Of a stretch of DNA of 64,000 nucleotides, positions 34,004-43,642 are shown piece by piece. Source of the DNA: an uncultured delta proteobacterium (GTDB lineage Bacteria; Bdellovibrionota; FAC87; UBA2466); NCBI GenBank assembly GCA_963778115.1, contig CAVZSV010000005.1:32001-96000 (forward strand). The letters run 5' to 3'. The notes under the pieces are model-generated. The model ran no database searches, was not told where the DNA came from, and worked only from the letters and a program-made list of their open reading frames with translations. A program made the translations under genes and the position numbers. Each line of letters begins with the position of its first letter. Within the stretch, counting starts at the first letter, position 1.

Positions 34004-34086
34004 GTGAAGCAATTCCTTATTCAACGAACACCGTGTTCATTCAGTCTTGATCTGACTATTCGGATCTGGTACGGTGCGGCACTTTT

Positions 34087-34905
34087 ATGAACTCCTTCAA
34101 TACCGATTATCGCGATGTCCTTAGGGACGAGTTCGCGGCACGTTGCTCCCGCAACCGCCTGTATTCGTTGCGGGCTTTTGCGCGTGATTTGGATTTACGT
34201 CCCTCCCATTTGAGTGATGTGCTTCGGGGAAAGTTGGGGTTAAGCGCCAGATCAGCCATGCAAGTGGCTTCGGCCATCGGAATGTCGGAAGCCGAAGGAA
34301 GTTATTTCGTAACGTTAGTCGAAGCTTCACACGCCAGGAGCGCTTCAAGGCGTAAGACCGCGAGGCAAAAGCTAGGAAGCCTAGGTGTCGCTAAGGACTA
34401 TCAAGTCTTGGAAGAAAGGGTGTTTGAGATCATTTCGGACTGGCATCACTATGCGTTGTTGGAGCTAGTCCAAACCGATTCGTTTGTTCCGAGGCTTTCC
34501 TGGATTGCCGAGCGCCTGGGGATCACACGCGTAGAAGTGGAAAGTGTAGTGAGGCGCCTCAAGGGCGTTGGTCTTCTTAGCGTTAGAAACGGCAAATGGC
34601 TAGTAACGAATAAGTTTCCCGCCACTCGAAGCGGAATCCCGTCTAAAGCGATTAAGAAATTCCACTCGCAAATCTTAACGAAAGCTACGGACGCACTTTA
34701 CAGCCAGGCCATCGAACAAAGAGATTTTTCTTCCATAACGTTTGCGATCAATCCCGATGATATTGCGGAAATCAAAGAAGCACTTCGTGAATTTAGAAGA
34801 GGGATAGAGAAAAAGTTCAAAGCTCGAACGAATAAAAGGGAGGTCTACTCTTTGTCGATTCAGCTGTTTTCGTTAACGGAGCAGGCCAAGGTGCTATATG
34901 CGTAA
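34087..34905 (+). CDS. TIGR02147/DUF4423-type protein with N-terminal HTH
   Basis: YSLRAFARDL, ISDWHHYALLEL, AIKKFHSQIL, RDFSSITF, VYSLSIQLFSL pattern. Confidence 0.85.
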   Translation: MNSFNTDYRDVLRDEFAARCSRNRLYSLRAFARDLDLRPSHLSDVLRGKLGLSARSAMQVASAIGMSEAEGSYFVTLVEASHARSASRRKTARQKLGSLGVAKDYQVLEERVFEIISDWHHYALLELVQTDSFVPRLSWIAERLGITRVEVESVVRRLKGVGLLSVRNGKWLVTNKFPATRSGIPSKAIKKFHSQILTKATDALYSQAIEQRDFSSITFAINPDDIAEIKEALREFRRGIEKKFKARTNKREVYSLSIQLFSLTEQAKVLYA

Positions 34906-36323
34906 CGTCTGCTGCTATGGAATTTTGCTATTGGGGTTAGTTGCTTGCCAAAAGGTGGGTGTCAACGGAGGTGCCTCTGGGGGTTCGCCTGGAAATCCCT
35001 CTGGCCTGAAAGCTCCTTCGATGACCTACGGGGAAGTGGGAAATGGGGGGCATGGGATTAAATTTGGAGACAAGATCTATCTTTATGATTTGTGGGAAGC
35101 AGGAATTGAAAAGGGGCCAAAGTTTCCATTCAGTATCAATCCGAACCATTGCGAATCAGGTTCGAAAGAAGTCCTGAAACAGCTTCAGAGAATACTAACC
35201 CTCAACGAAAACACCAGGACATTTTTTAATGAGAACTTACAAAAAACCTTCCCAGGCCAAGATAAAATGGTTGCCGATTTGTCGGATCGTCTCTCTGTCA
35301 TATTTGCTCTAAATTCGGTTCTTGCGATGAGTCTGTACGAATCTATTCAGGCGCATAATTGGATTTTTACGGACGTTGAATTAAATAATTTGAGGCTTCC
35401 TCATCCCGTTCATAAATTGAGCGACGGCGAAGTGCTTTTATTGGCTAATCGAGTGGGGAGATTCATTTACCTATTCAATAAGAGCTGGGTGGCAATGGAT
35501 CTATGGAATCAGGTAGGGCTTATTCTTCATGAAGCGATCTATAGTTTGCTTCCTCCGCAGAAGGTGATGTTGGCCGGAGGCCGCGAGACGTTAAGGCAGG
35601 ATGGAAGAAGAGCACGGCAGATCCTATCGGTCCTTTCGGGAGTAAGGAGCTTTTCCGATCTTCGGGCGATGGGGCTTGTGAGCTTTATCGAATCGGACGG
35701 AGCTTCCCTTGCTTACCAGTGAAACTCCAAACTTTAGGGTGACCTCTACTTTCTTTACGAAAGTACAAAGAGGATTGCTGCCCCGAGGTCGAGTCGCGAT
35801 GGTCGGCCCCGCGTCTTATGTGATTTCCGTTGAGGACACGGACATAAAAGTTTCATTTCCCATTTTAGCCTTTGGAGGGGGAGAGATTGTCGATGTATTT
35901 GGGAAACGTGACGAACTAGTCGAGACATTACTTGAGGTAACTTGTAAAGCCCTTAGCCGAAACAAGGATCGCTCTTATAAAATAGAATTGGTCTTTCCGA
36001 AAAATAAAAAGAACGAAGAAGAGTCTTTTGAAATGCAGTTCGTAAATTATCAGGACCAAGACGAAGTGAAGCAGTATCTTCAATTTACTCCACTTTCTCA
36101 GGACAAGTCCCAACTTGCTGCTCAGGGAAACTCTCAGTTATTTTTCACTATCGCCGCTACTCAAGAGGGCGACGTTTCGGATTTATTGTTTAAAAAGCTA
36201 GAGCCAACCCCCGAGAAGATCACCAGCGCCTGTGTTGACTATTTATCAGGGGTTGTAGGGCGTCGGGCATTTTACTACCCTTCCATCTATCCTTTGGATC
36301 CCAAGCAGAGGTACGGTAACTAA
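34898..36323 (+). CDS. Lipoprotein with a GEVGNGG motif and LHEAIY; probably one gene split by an indel near 35710
   Basis: Lipobox LVAC; start overlaps the TIGR02147 stop; second ORF overlaps the first and has only a TTG start. Confidence 0.6.
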
Positions 36324-36429
36324 ATTTTGTCGCTCCTCCCACTGACACTGGTGACAAAATTCGTCTCCCTCGACTACTAAATACCGGCTCCCCCTATCCA
36401 ATCGAGCTTGTCCGAGCCTAGCATTCTCA

Positions 36430-36445
36430 CGGCATATTGATTGCA
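36430..36445 (+). promoter_or_regulatory. Putative sigma54 -24/-12 promoter
   Basis: CGGCATATTGATTGCA = GG-N10-GC, 45 nt before the ATG at 36491. Confidence 0.55.
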
Positions 36446-36490
36446 ATTTTAGCGCTCCGGTCGAGTTCGTAGAGGATATAGGCGGAATAT

Positions 36491-37522
36491 ATGAAAATGA
36501 GCTGGAAATGGATTGCGGGTAGTTTAGTTTTGGCGATTTGCTTAAATGCCAAGGCTGAGACGTCGGTTACGGGAAGTCCGGATACGGATACGGCGGTTAA
36601 AGCCGATGCCACCGAAGCGCCTGCGACGGTTTCAAAAGCGCTGGCCCCTCAACCCAAGGTTCAAGCTACCGCCCAGTCTACGGTTAATAATACCCAGAAC
36701 AATACGGTAGTAACGGGAACTTCGAATGCGGCGATCGCTCCGGCACCTGCTCCATCGAATCCCACGCCGTCGGTGACTCCTGCGGTGACACCACCGGCCC
36801 CAGCTCCAACCCTGGCTCCGGCTCCGGTTCCGGTCGCTCCGACGACGACGACCACTACCACTAATAATGTGCTGCAAGCTAATCCTACCCCGGTAACGGC
36901 GGATACTAAAACCAACGCGACTCCTGTCACTGAGCCAACCACTGACCAGAGCACTCGGATGCATTTTGGATTTCTGGCTGGATTAAGCTCGGGTGAAGTT
37001 ACGACAGGAATCCCTGGGACTTCGATAAGCGCTCCCTCTAATTCTCGCTTGGGAGTTGCGGGTGGCCTTTTCTTCAATCTCCCTTTAAATCATTTTTTCT
37101 CGATTCAACCTCAATTGCTCTACATTCAAAAGGGTGGAGACCTTACGGCCGCGAACCCCTTTCCCGGAATTCCGACGACGTTGCGCTATGACGTGGTGGA
37201 ATTGCCTCTGCTAGCGATGGGCAAGTTTGGAAGTGATTTCATCAAAGGCACGGTCTTTGCGGGTCCCAGCATCGCTATCGCCGTAAACCAGTCTTTGGTC
37301 TTCAGTCAGACTGGACAAAACACCGGTCTTAATCCTCAATACCGAAACGTTGATGTGGGAATCCACATGGGTGCGGGTACGGAAATGGCCATCACCCAAA
37401 ATTTGACATGGAACTTCAACGTTCGTTACATCGCTGGCCTTGCCAACATCGACAACGGGCCGGCGACCACGACGAATCTTAATACTTGGCTCTTTCTAAC
37501 CGGACTCGGACTCGCGTTCTAG
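36491..37522 (+). CDS. Outer-membrane beta-barrel (porin-family) protein with long Pro/Thr/Ala N-terminal linker
   Basis: Signal peptide AKA; SIQPQLLYIQKG, VELPLL, AGPS, terminal GLGLAF. Confidence 0.8.
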   Translation: MKMSWKWIAGSLVLAICLNAKAETSVTGSPDTDTAVKADATEAPATVSKALAPQPKVQATAQSTVNNTQNNTVVTGTSNAAIAPAPAPSNPTPSVTPAVTPPAPAPTLAPAPVPVAPTTTTTTTNNVLQANPTPVTADTKTNATPVTEPTTDQSTRMHFGFLAGLSSGEVTTGIPGTSISAPSNSRLGVAGGLFFNLPLNHFFSIQPQLLYIQKGGDLTAANPFPGIPTTLRYDVVELPLLAMGKFGSDFIKGTVFAGPSIAIAVNQSLVFSQTGQNTGLNPQYRNVDVGIHMGAGTEMAITQNLTWNFNVRYIAGLANIDNGPATTTNLNTWLFLTGLGLAF

Positions 37523-37525
37523 GCC

Positions 37526-37876
37526 CTAATGACCGCAGGGCAAGCAGTCGCAGAGTGTGCTCGTGGGGCACGAGGCAAATTGCCCTTTTTCGCATGTGAT
37601 ACTGCAGCCAGGACCCGAGTCGTCTCCGCCAGAGACGCAAGAGGAAGGTCCACATTCGAGAGGCTCGAGCACTAGTTTTCCGTTCACGAAATGGCCTCTA
37701 CCCATACAGACCGAACAGTCGTGGATGATACAGTCCGTATTGTCGTCGCAAGAGTAGTAGCCGGCTACACAGCCTGCGGGATCACTGGGATCTCCTCCGT
37801 AGCATAATCCGCTGGCGAATGAAGTCGCACCCAAGAAAACTAAATATCCTAAAATGACAAATCCCAGTCTGTTCAC
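37526..37876 (-). CDS. Small exported Cys-rich protein (14 Cys)
   Basis: GGGGAG before GTG; signal peptide ending SFA. Confidence 0.7.
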   Translation of the reverse strand: MNRLGFVILGYLVFLGATSFASGLCYGGDPSDPAGCVAGYYSCDDNTDCIIHDCSVCMGRGHFVNGKLVLEPLECGPSSCVSGGDDSGPGCSITCEKGQFASCPTSTLCDCLPCGH

Positions 37877-37899
37877 AGCGCTCCCCTGATGGTCAGCAA

Positions 37900-38625
37900 T
37901 TAATTTCCTAAGATCTTATTTAGCGTGGGCAAAAATCGTTCCGATGGGATGGCAATGTTGGCGTACTCTTTTGAATACTCCGAGACTTGCAAACTATCTT
38001 CTCCATCGCCGCGATATTCGGCAACCATCAACGCAACTATGTAAGCTTCATTATTGCCTTCACTGACAAACATGGGGCCTCCCGAAGATCCTCGGGTACC
38101 GTCACAGTCGTGGAGCCAAAAATCGGTTAGGCGTTCTTGAATGGTGCAATTGACGTGAGCACCCGCGGTTTGACCGGACATGAAGTCGTAAGAATATCCC
38201 GCGAGTGTGACGGTGTCTGCGTCCTGTTCTTTGACTCCCATCGATCCGTAAGAACTTCCTAGATCGTCGTTGAGCTGCACGATCGCCCAGTCATGAGCGC
38301 GATCGTTTTTGGGATCGCTCGTTCCTGTCCACGTATAGGTGGCGTAGGAGCTGGTGTTGGACTGGTTGCCTATCATATTGGGATAGTACGTTAAGGCTTG
38401 AATCTGTCCCGAATCGTCGTAGACGCAGTGTGCCGCGGTAACAATTAGGTTCTTGTCGATTAGTGTGGCGGTGCATCCGCTAGAAAGATAGCCAACCGTG
38501 CTCCACGGATACTCATTGCTAGTCACCTGTTGGCGAGCATCCGGACCGAAAATGTTGTGTTTGGCACCAAACGAGACAGAACAGAATAGACTTGTGGCGA
38601 AAAAGAACTTTAAAAAATAACCCAT
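37900..38625 (-). CDS. Exported trypsin-like (V8-type) serine protease
   Basis: TAAHC, HDWAIV, GSSGGP catalytic triad motifs; signal peptide. Confidence 0.9.
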   Translation of the reverse strand: MGYFLKFFFATSLFCSVSFGAKHNIFGPDARQQVTSNEYPWSTVGYLSSGCTATLIDKNLIVTAAHCVYDDSGQIQALTYYPNMIGNQSNTSSYATYTWTGTSDPKNDRAHDWAIVQLNDDLGSSYGSMGVKEQDADTVTLAGYSYDFMSGQTAGAHVNCTIQERLTDFWLHDCDGTRGSSGGPMFVSEGNNEAYIVALMVAEYRGDGEDSLQVSEYSKEYANIAIPSERFLPTLNKILGN

Positions 38626-38699
38626 GTAACCCCCCAGGCAGTTTTCTCGCAAGGTCGACTAAGGACGTCAATGAGATTTAGAAAAAATATCTCTTGAAA

Positions 38700-39785
38700 T
38701 TAATTTGCGAGATCTTCTAGAGCTCCGTCGCAGCCTGGTTTTTGACTGGGAACTTTTTTCCTTATGGGTAGCACTAAGGCAAGCGCTTCCGGTTTTCTCT
38801 TATCCACTTGATTGGTGACAAATCCGGAACCTCCGACGGCTCCGGTAAGAAGAATTCCGGCGGGGCTATCACTAATGTTGAGTGCATTGTTTACGACACT
38901 AATGAGCGACTGGATCAATGAGCCTCTGGCGGAATTTTTTCGATAGAGAGCTTCTCTCCCAGGATTTCTGGCAATAGCTTCTCGGGTCCAGCGATGGTTG
39001 AGTGTTTGCCAATAGGTCTGAGTAAAAATACTAAGGCCTACGGCTTTGGTAATTTTTTTAATTACTTTAGGGGATACCCATTCCTTGGCGAGTCCCGTAC
39101 TAGCTAGACCCGAATGCAGTAGGGCCGCGTAAACAGTACTACTGACCGCTTTCTTTAAAAAAGGCCTTCCTTTTCCAGGCTGCGCTGGCTCAAGACTTAG
39201 CCAGCCGTCAGATGCGAGCCACGCCAAAAACTCTTTATTCCAATATTGCATTCCCGCCGACCATACGCCGGCCAGACTTCCTTGGACGGCCGCCGGCCAA
39301 AATGAGCTGTGGCTGTCCAGCATAACGGTTGCGGTAACCGCAGCGAAGCTAAGGCCTCCTCTTACTAAGGAGTAGGAGACACGATAGTTAAGTTTGGGGT
39401 CTTTCTTGGGGCCGCTATCCGCTTTCGCCAATTGTTCCGCAATGAAATGGCAAGCTAGGGCGCCCGGATCGGTGTGAGCCAAACAAAGAACATTCGTTCC
39501 TTGTGAAGGCAAATTAGGGGGAGCCACTAACGTCGAGTCTTGTTTCTCTTTTTCATCCGGAACAGCGATGACAAGGGTGATATCGGAATCCGTGATATCG
39601 GTCGCGATGGCGGTCGCGGTGTCTTCACTCATAGTCTGACGCAGCTCCATAGTCTCCGCGGCGAATATTTTTTCACCGTGAGCCATCAGAGCGAGCGCAC
39701 ACCACAACGTTATGAAACCGATCAAGCCAAAGCGATTCAGGGATTCTCTGTTGGAACCGTCGAAGGGGTCTTTCTGGTTTCCCAA
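38700..39785 (-). CDS. Hypothetical exported/membrane protein
   Basis: 361-aa ORF with N-terminal hydrophobic segment and several small-residue helices; AGGAGG upstream. Confidence 0.6.
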   Translation of the reverse strand: MGNQKDPFDGSNRESLNRFGLIGFITLWCALALMAHGEKIFAAETMELRQTMSEDTATAIATDITDSDITLVIAVPDEKEKQDSTLVAPPNLPSQGTNVLCLAHTDPGALACHFIAEQLAKADSGPKKDPKLNYRVSYSLVRGGLSFAAVTATVMLDSHSSFWPAAVQGSLAGVWSAGMQYWNKEFLAWLASDGWLSLEPAQPGKGRPFLKKAVSSTVYAALLHSGLASTGLAKEWVSPKVIKKITKAVGLSIFTQTYWQTLNHRWTREAIARNPGREALYRKNSARGSLIQSLISVVNNALNISDSPAGILLTGAVGGSGFVTNQVDKRKPEALALVLPIRKKVPSQKPGCDGALEDLAN

Positions 39786-40129
39786 AGCGTCCTCCTTTCA
39801 GGTCAAGTATTAAATGAGCAAAGAGCGTGCCTCTTTTTGAATTGTGTGGGTCCTGAGATCATTAGAAATTCGGTCCGTCTGAATTCCTGTATTCTCCTCG
39901 GTAGCGTCAAAGAAATATTCGTATTCGAAGGGAACTCGGCGTATTCGTGCTGACGACAGGAGAAGGCTTTAGCGATAAAGGGTGCACCGAAAGGCAGTTG
40001 CGACAAATTCGATCGGAATACGTCACAATTTAGTCGACGTGTACGCGAAACAAGAAGTTGATCTACAATTGGGATCATGCTAGGAAGCGCACTCTTTCTT
40101 TTCTCCCATAGAAGTTCTATCCTGAATAA

Positions 40130-41434
40130 ATGAACAGTCGTGATTTTACATCTCGTTCTCAATTTTGGTCCATTGTCCGAGTCTCCAGCGGCAATTTTTT
40201 GGAGATGTACGACTTCATGGTGTTCGGCTACTACGCTCAAGCGATCGCTCACGCCTTTTTTCCGAGTGGTTCGGCATTTGCGTCCCTGATGTTGTCGTTG
40301 ATGACGTTTGGTGCGGGATTTTTAATGAGACCCGTCGGTGCCATTGTATTGGGTGCTTACATCGATCATGTCGGCAGGCGTCGAGGTTTAATCGTTACCT
40401 TAGGATTCATGTCGATAGGAACCTTGCTGCTGGGATGTGTTCCCGGGTATTCCACGATAGGGCTCTTCGCTCCGATCCTAGTGGTGATAGGAAGGTTGTT
40501 TCAGGGGTTTTCCGCAGGGGTAGAACTGGGTGGAGTCTCTGTTTATCTTTCTGAAATCGCCACCCCGGGAAATAAGGGATTTTATGTCAGCTGGCAGTCG
40601 GCGAGCCAACAGGTTGCCGTCATTTTTGTCGCTATCATGGGAGTGCTGCTCAGCTCTTGGATCCCCCCTGCACAAATGGATGCATGGGGATGGCGCATTC
40701 CTTTAATGATCGGTTGTGTCATCATTCCGTTTCTTTTTCTTATTCGCAGCTCTCTTCAGGAGACGGACGAGTTTATGGCTCGTCGTCACCATCCGAAAAT
40801 AGAAGAGATAGTGCTCTCTCTTGTGATGAATTGGCGAATCATTGTCTTGGGAATGCTTTTGGTCACGATGACCACAGTCTCTTTCTACATGATAACCGCT
40901 TATACACCTACTTTCGGAAGTAGTGTGCTTCACTTGAGCAGTAGAGATTCTTTATGGGTTACCCTGGGAGTCGGACTGTCCAATTTGTTTTGGCTCCCTG
41001 TGATGGGGTCGTTATCGGATCGGATGGGAAGACGGCCGTTGCTTTTTGCTTTTACCTCGCTCGCGATACTCACGGCCTATCCTTCGCTGTCTTGGCTCGT
41101 AAAGGATCCTTCTTTTGTAAAACTCCTTGGCGTTGAATTGTGGTTATCATTTCTCTACGCAAGTTATAACGGCGCCATGGTCGTCTACTTGACTGAGATT
41201 ATGCCGGTAGAAGTTAGGACAACAGGTTTCTCCCTGGCTTATAGTTTGGCAACCGCTTTCTTTGGGGGATTTACGCCGGCAGTTTGTACTTACCTTATTC
41301 ACCGAAGCGCAAATCCAGCTTTCCCTGGCATCTGGTTATCAAGTGCCGCAGCATGTGGATTAGTGGCAACTATTCTCATCGGCTTTCATTCCACTTCTGC
41401 AAAAAACTCTCCTGCCAAAAGTTATCTTCGATAA
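40130..41434 (+). CDS. MFS citrate/tricarballylate:H+ symporter (CitA/TcuC-like)
   Basis: [43 protein letters not shown]. Confidence 0.88.
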   Translation: MNSRDFTSRSQFWSIVRVSSGNFLEMYDFMVFGYYAQAIAHAFFPSGSAFASLMLSLMTFGAGFLMRPVGAIVLGAYIDHVGRRRGLIVTLGFMSIGTLLLGCVPGYSTIGLFAPILVVIGRLFQGFSAGVELGGVSVYLSEIATPGNKGFYVSWQSASQQVAVIFVAIMGVLLSSWIPPAQMDAWGWRIPLMIGCVIIPFLFLIRSSLQETDEFMARRHHPKIEEIVLSLVMNWRIIVLGMLLVTMTTVSFYMITAYTPTFGSSVLHLSSRDSLWVTLGVGLSNLFWLPVMGSLSDRMGRRPLLFAFTSLAILTAYPSLSWLVKDPSFVKLLGVELWLSFLYASYNGAMVVYLTEIMPVEVRTTGFSLAYSLATAFFGGFTPAVCTYLIHRSANPAFPGIWLSSAAACGLVATILIGFHSTSAKNSPAKSYLR

Positions 41435-41548
41435 AATCGGCTGCGAATAATGCGTTGCAATGAGAAGGAATTCATTTTTATCGCGCCTGTAACAACAAGA
41501 AATTAAAAATTCATTTTGAAAAAAGCGGATGCCCGTTAAAATTCAGTA

Positions 41549-41992
41549 ATGATTAAGTATCTTAATTTTTTTCTAATAACGCTTATTGTTAGTCCGATAG
41601 CCTACGCCTCATTAGGAGGTGACGCTTCTTCGATCAACGGGGATTTGGATGCGAAAAGTTCAAAGGTGTTAACGACACATAGCGCCCAATACTCGGTTCA
41701 CGAATTGTCCAAGAAAGGGCTCCGTTTGCACGAGTTTCTAGGAACGGACGGGAAGATTTTCGCCATCGCTTGGCAAGGGAAGGTTCATCCGGATCTATCG
41801 ATTGTCATGGGCTCCCACTTTTCAGAGTTCCAAGCAGCCCTCAAAAAGCTTCGCAAAAATCATCGACGTTTTGGAATGGCCGAAGTGGGGGACCTGCATT
41901 TGGAAATGGGTGGGGCCATGGGATCGGTCCACGGCCGCGTTTGGTTATCCAGTCGGATTCCTGGGGGAGTAGAAAAGAATGAGCTTAAATAG
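41549..41992 (+). CDS. DUF2844-like exported protein
   Basis: AYASLGG, IFAIAWQG..HPDL..MG..F, HGRVWL..IP.GV; paired with a DUF3443-like gene. Confidence 0.75.
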   Translation: MIKYLNFFLITLIVSPIAYASLGGDASSINGDLDAKSSKVLTTHSAQYSVHELSKKGLRLHEFLGTDGKIFAIAWQGKVHPDLSIVMGSHFSEFQAALKKLRKNHRRFGMAEVGDLHLEMGGAMGSVHGRVWLSSRIPGGVEKNELK

Positions 41993-43391
41993 AATCAGAG
42001 TGGCTCCCGTCATCGGTGGGCTGTGGTTTGTTATATTTTGTCTTTTGCTTAATGCTTGTTCGAGTGGCGATGACAACGGTCCTGCGGCTCCCTATTGCAG
42101 CAACGCTACTCAAGGAGCATCCGCATCTTTAGTCACGACTAGCTCCAATAACCAGATTCCCGTTTATATCGCCGATAGTTCTACTACGGGCAGTGTCGGA
42201 TATCCCAATGAGCCTTTGGTATCGATTACGATTTGTAATCCGAACCATACTTCCTCGTCGCAGTGTCAGACGATTAGCAACATTCTTGTGGATACCGGAA
42301 GTTTCGGATTGCGTCTTTTCACTCAAACTTTGGCGAGCAATGTAACGCTCACCCAGGAAACGGTAACCATTTTAGGCCAGACGGAAATGGTAGGGGAGTG
42401 TGCCGAGTTTGGGACGGGCTCCGATTGGGGAGCGGTACAGTTAGCCGATCTCAAATTAGGAAACCAAACCGCTACGAATATTCCGATTCAGGTCATTGAT
42501 TACAATTTCTCACAAATTCCAAGTGTCTGCGCTTCCCTGGGTCCCAATACGAACCCATGTTCGGATCAGGCCGATTTTAACGGAATTTTGGGAGTCGGAG
42601 TTTTTCCTCGAGACTGCGGCACCGATTGTAATTCCACGGATCCTGCGACGAATTACGGGCAATATTTTGCGTGTGACTCCACCAACGGTTGCTTTAATGC
42701 CTATAATAGCGGCTACACGGCGGTTGCGATCCCACCGACCTCTCAAGTCGAGAATCCTATCGCGGCTCTGACCTCAGGATTTAATAATGGAATTTCTCTT
42801 ACCTTACCTTCGATAGATGCCGGGGGAGCTTCAGCCGTTTCGTATCCCTCGAGTTTCATGACCATAGGAATTGGTACCACAGCTTCTAACCCACCGGGGT
42901 CCGGCGTTGTCGTTTATTACGCCGATCCGAATGGGCAAACGGATTCTCAAGGGTCGGACTTTTTAACTGAGTTCAATAGTGGAGGGGGCACGATCTATGG
43001 AATCGCCGGAAACCAGAATCCTTCCTACCTAGACAGTGGCTCCAATGCGTTGTTTATTCCCACGGACTCAAGCCTCCCGGACTGCTCGGATGGGTCGGGA
43101 TTTCTCTGCCCGACGGGCTTAGTCGCCCAAACGGCCACGATCGAAAGCTATAACAATAGTGGGGTGGGGACTCCGAGCATTCCCATCACCTTTTATGTGC
43201 AAAACGCGGATAGTCTTTTTAATACGAACTTCAGCGCTTTTAATGATATCGCGGGCGACATCGGAAACCCCGCGGGATTCGATTGGGGGCTGCCGTTCTT
43301 TTATGGTCGAACTATCTTTGTGGGAATTGCCGGAACTACCGCAACGTACAATGCGGGAATTACTAATGGCGGCCCTTATTGGGCGTTTTAA
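41979..43391 (+). CDS. DUF3443-like lipoprotein with two pepsin-like D[TS]GS motifs
   Basis: Lipobox LNAC; VSITIC.P, LVDTGSFGLR, NGILGVG, LDSGSN, FDWGLPFFYGR. Confidence 0.8.
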   Translation: MSLNRIRVAPVIGGLWFVIFCLLLNACSSGDDNGPAAPYCSNATQGASASLVTTSSNNQIPVYIADSSTTGSVGYPNEPLVSITICNPNHTSSSQCQTISNILVDTGSFGLRLFTQTLASNVTLTQETVTILGQTEMVGECAEFGTGSDWGAVQLADLKLGNQTATNIPIQVIDYNFSQIPSVCASLGPNTNPCSDQADFNGILGVGVFPRDCGTDCNSTDPATNYGQYFACDSTNGCFNAYNSGYTAVAIPPTSQVENPIAALTSGFNNGISLTLPSIDAGGASAVSYPSSFMTIGIGTTASNPPGSGVVVYYADPNGQTDSQGSDFLTEFNSGGGTIYGIAGNQNPSYLDSGSNALFIPTDSSLPDCSDGSGFLCPTGLVAQTATIESYNNSGVGTPSIPITFYVQNADSLFNTNFSAFNDIAGDIGNPAGFDWGLPFFYGRTIFVGIAGTTATYNAGITNGGPYWAF

Positions 43392-43642
43392 CGACTAGGG
43401 TTACGCTTAAACTACGTCAGCTAGAGTATTCCCCTAGTCTTCTCCCCATTTTCTCCGCAAATCGTCCTTTCCTGCTATCCAACGTTTATGCATCGACAAC
43501 CCCGTGACCTAGCTCGGGAAAGAGTAATCGCCTCAAGGAGCGTTTAACTTCAAGTCACATCGGCATGCCTCCGGCTGCGTGGCATGGCCTTGCATTACAA
43601 GTGCTCTGTGGGATTTGTGCGTTTGCTGCTGTTGGAGAGAAA

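Noticed and set aside
36700..36870. Short tandem repeats (GCTCCG, ACG runs)
   Set aside because: Explained by codons of the Pro/Ala/Thr linker.
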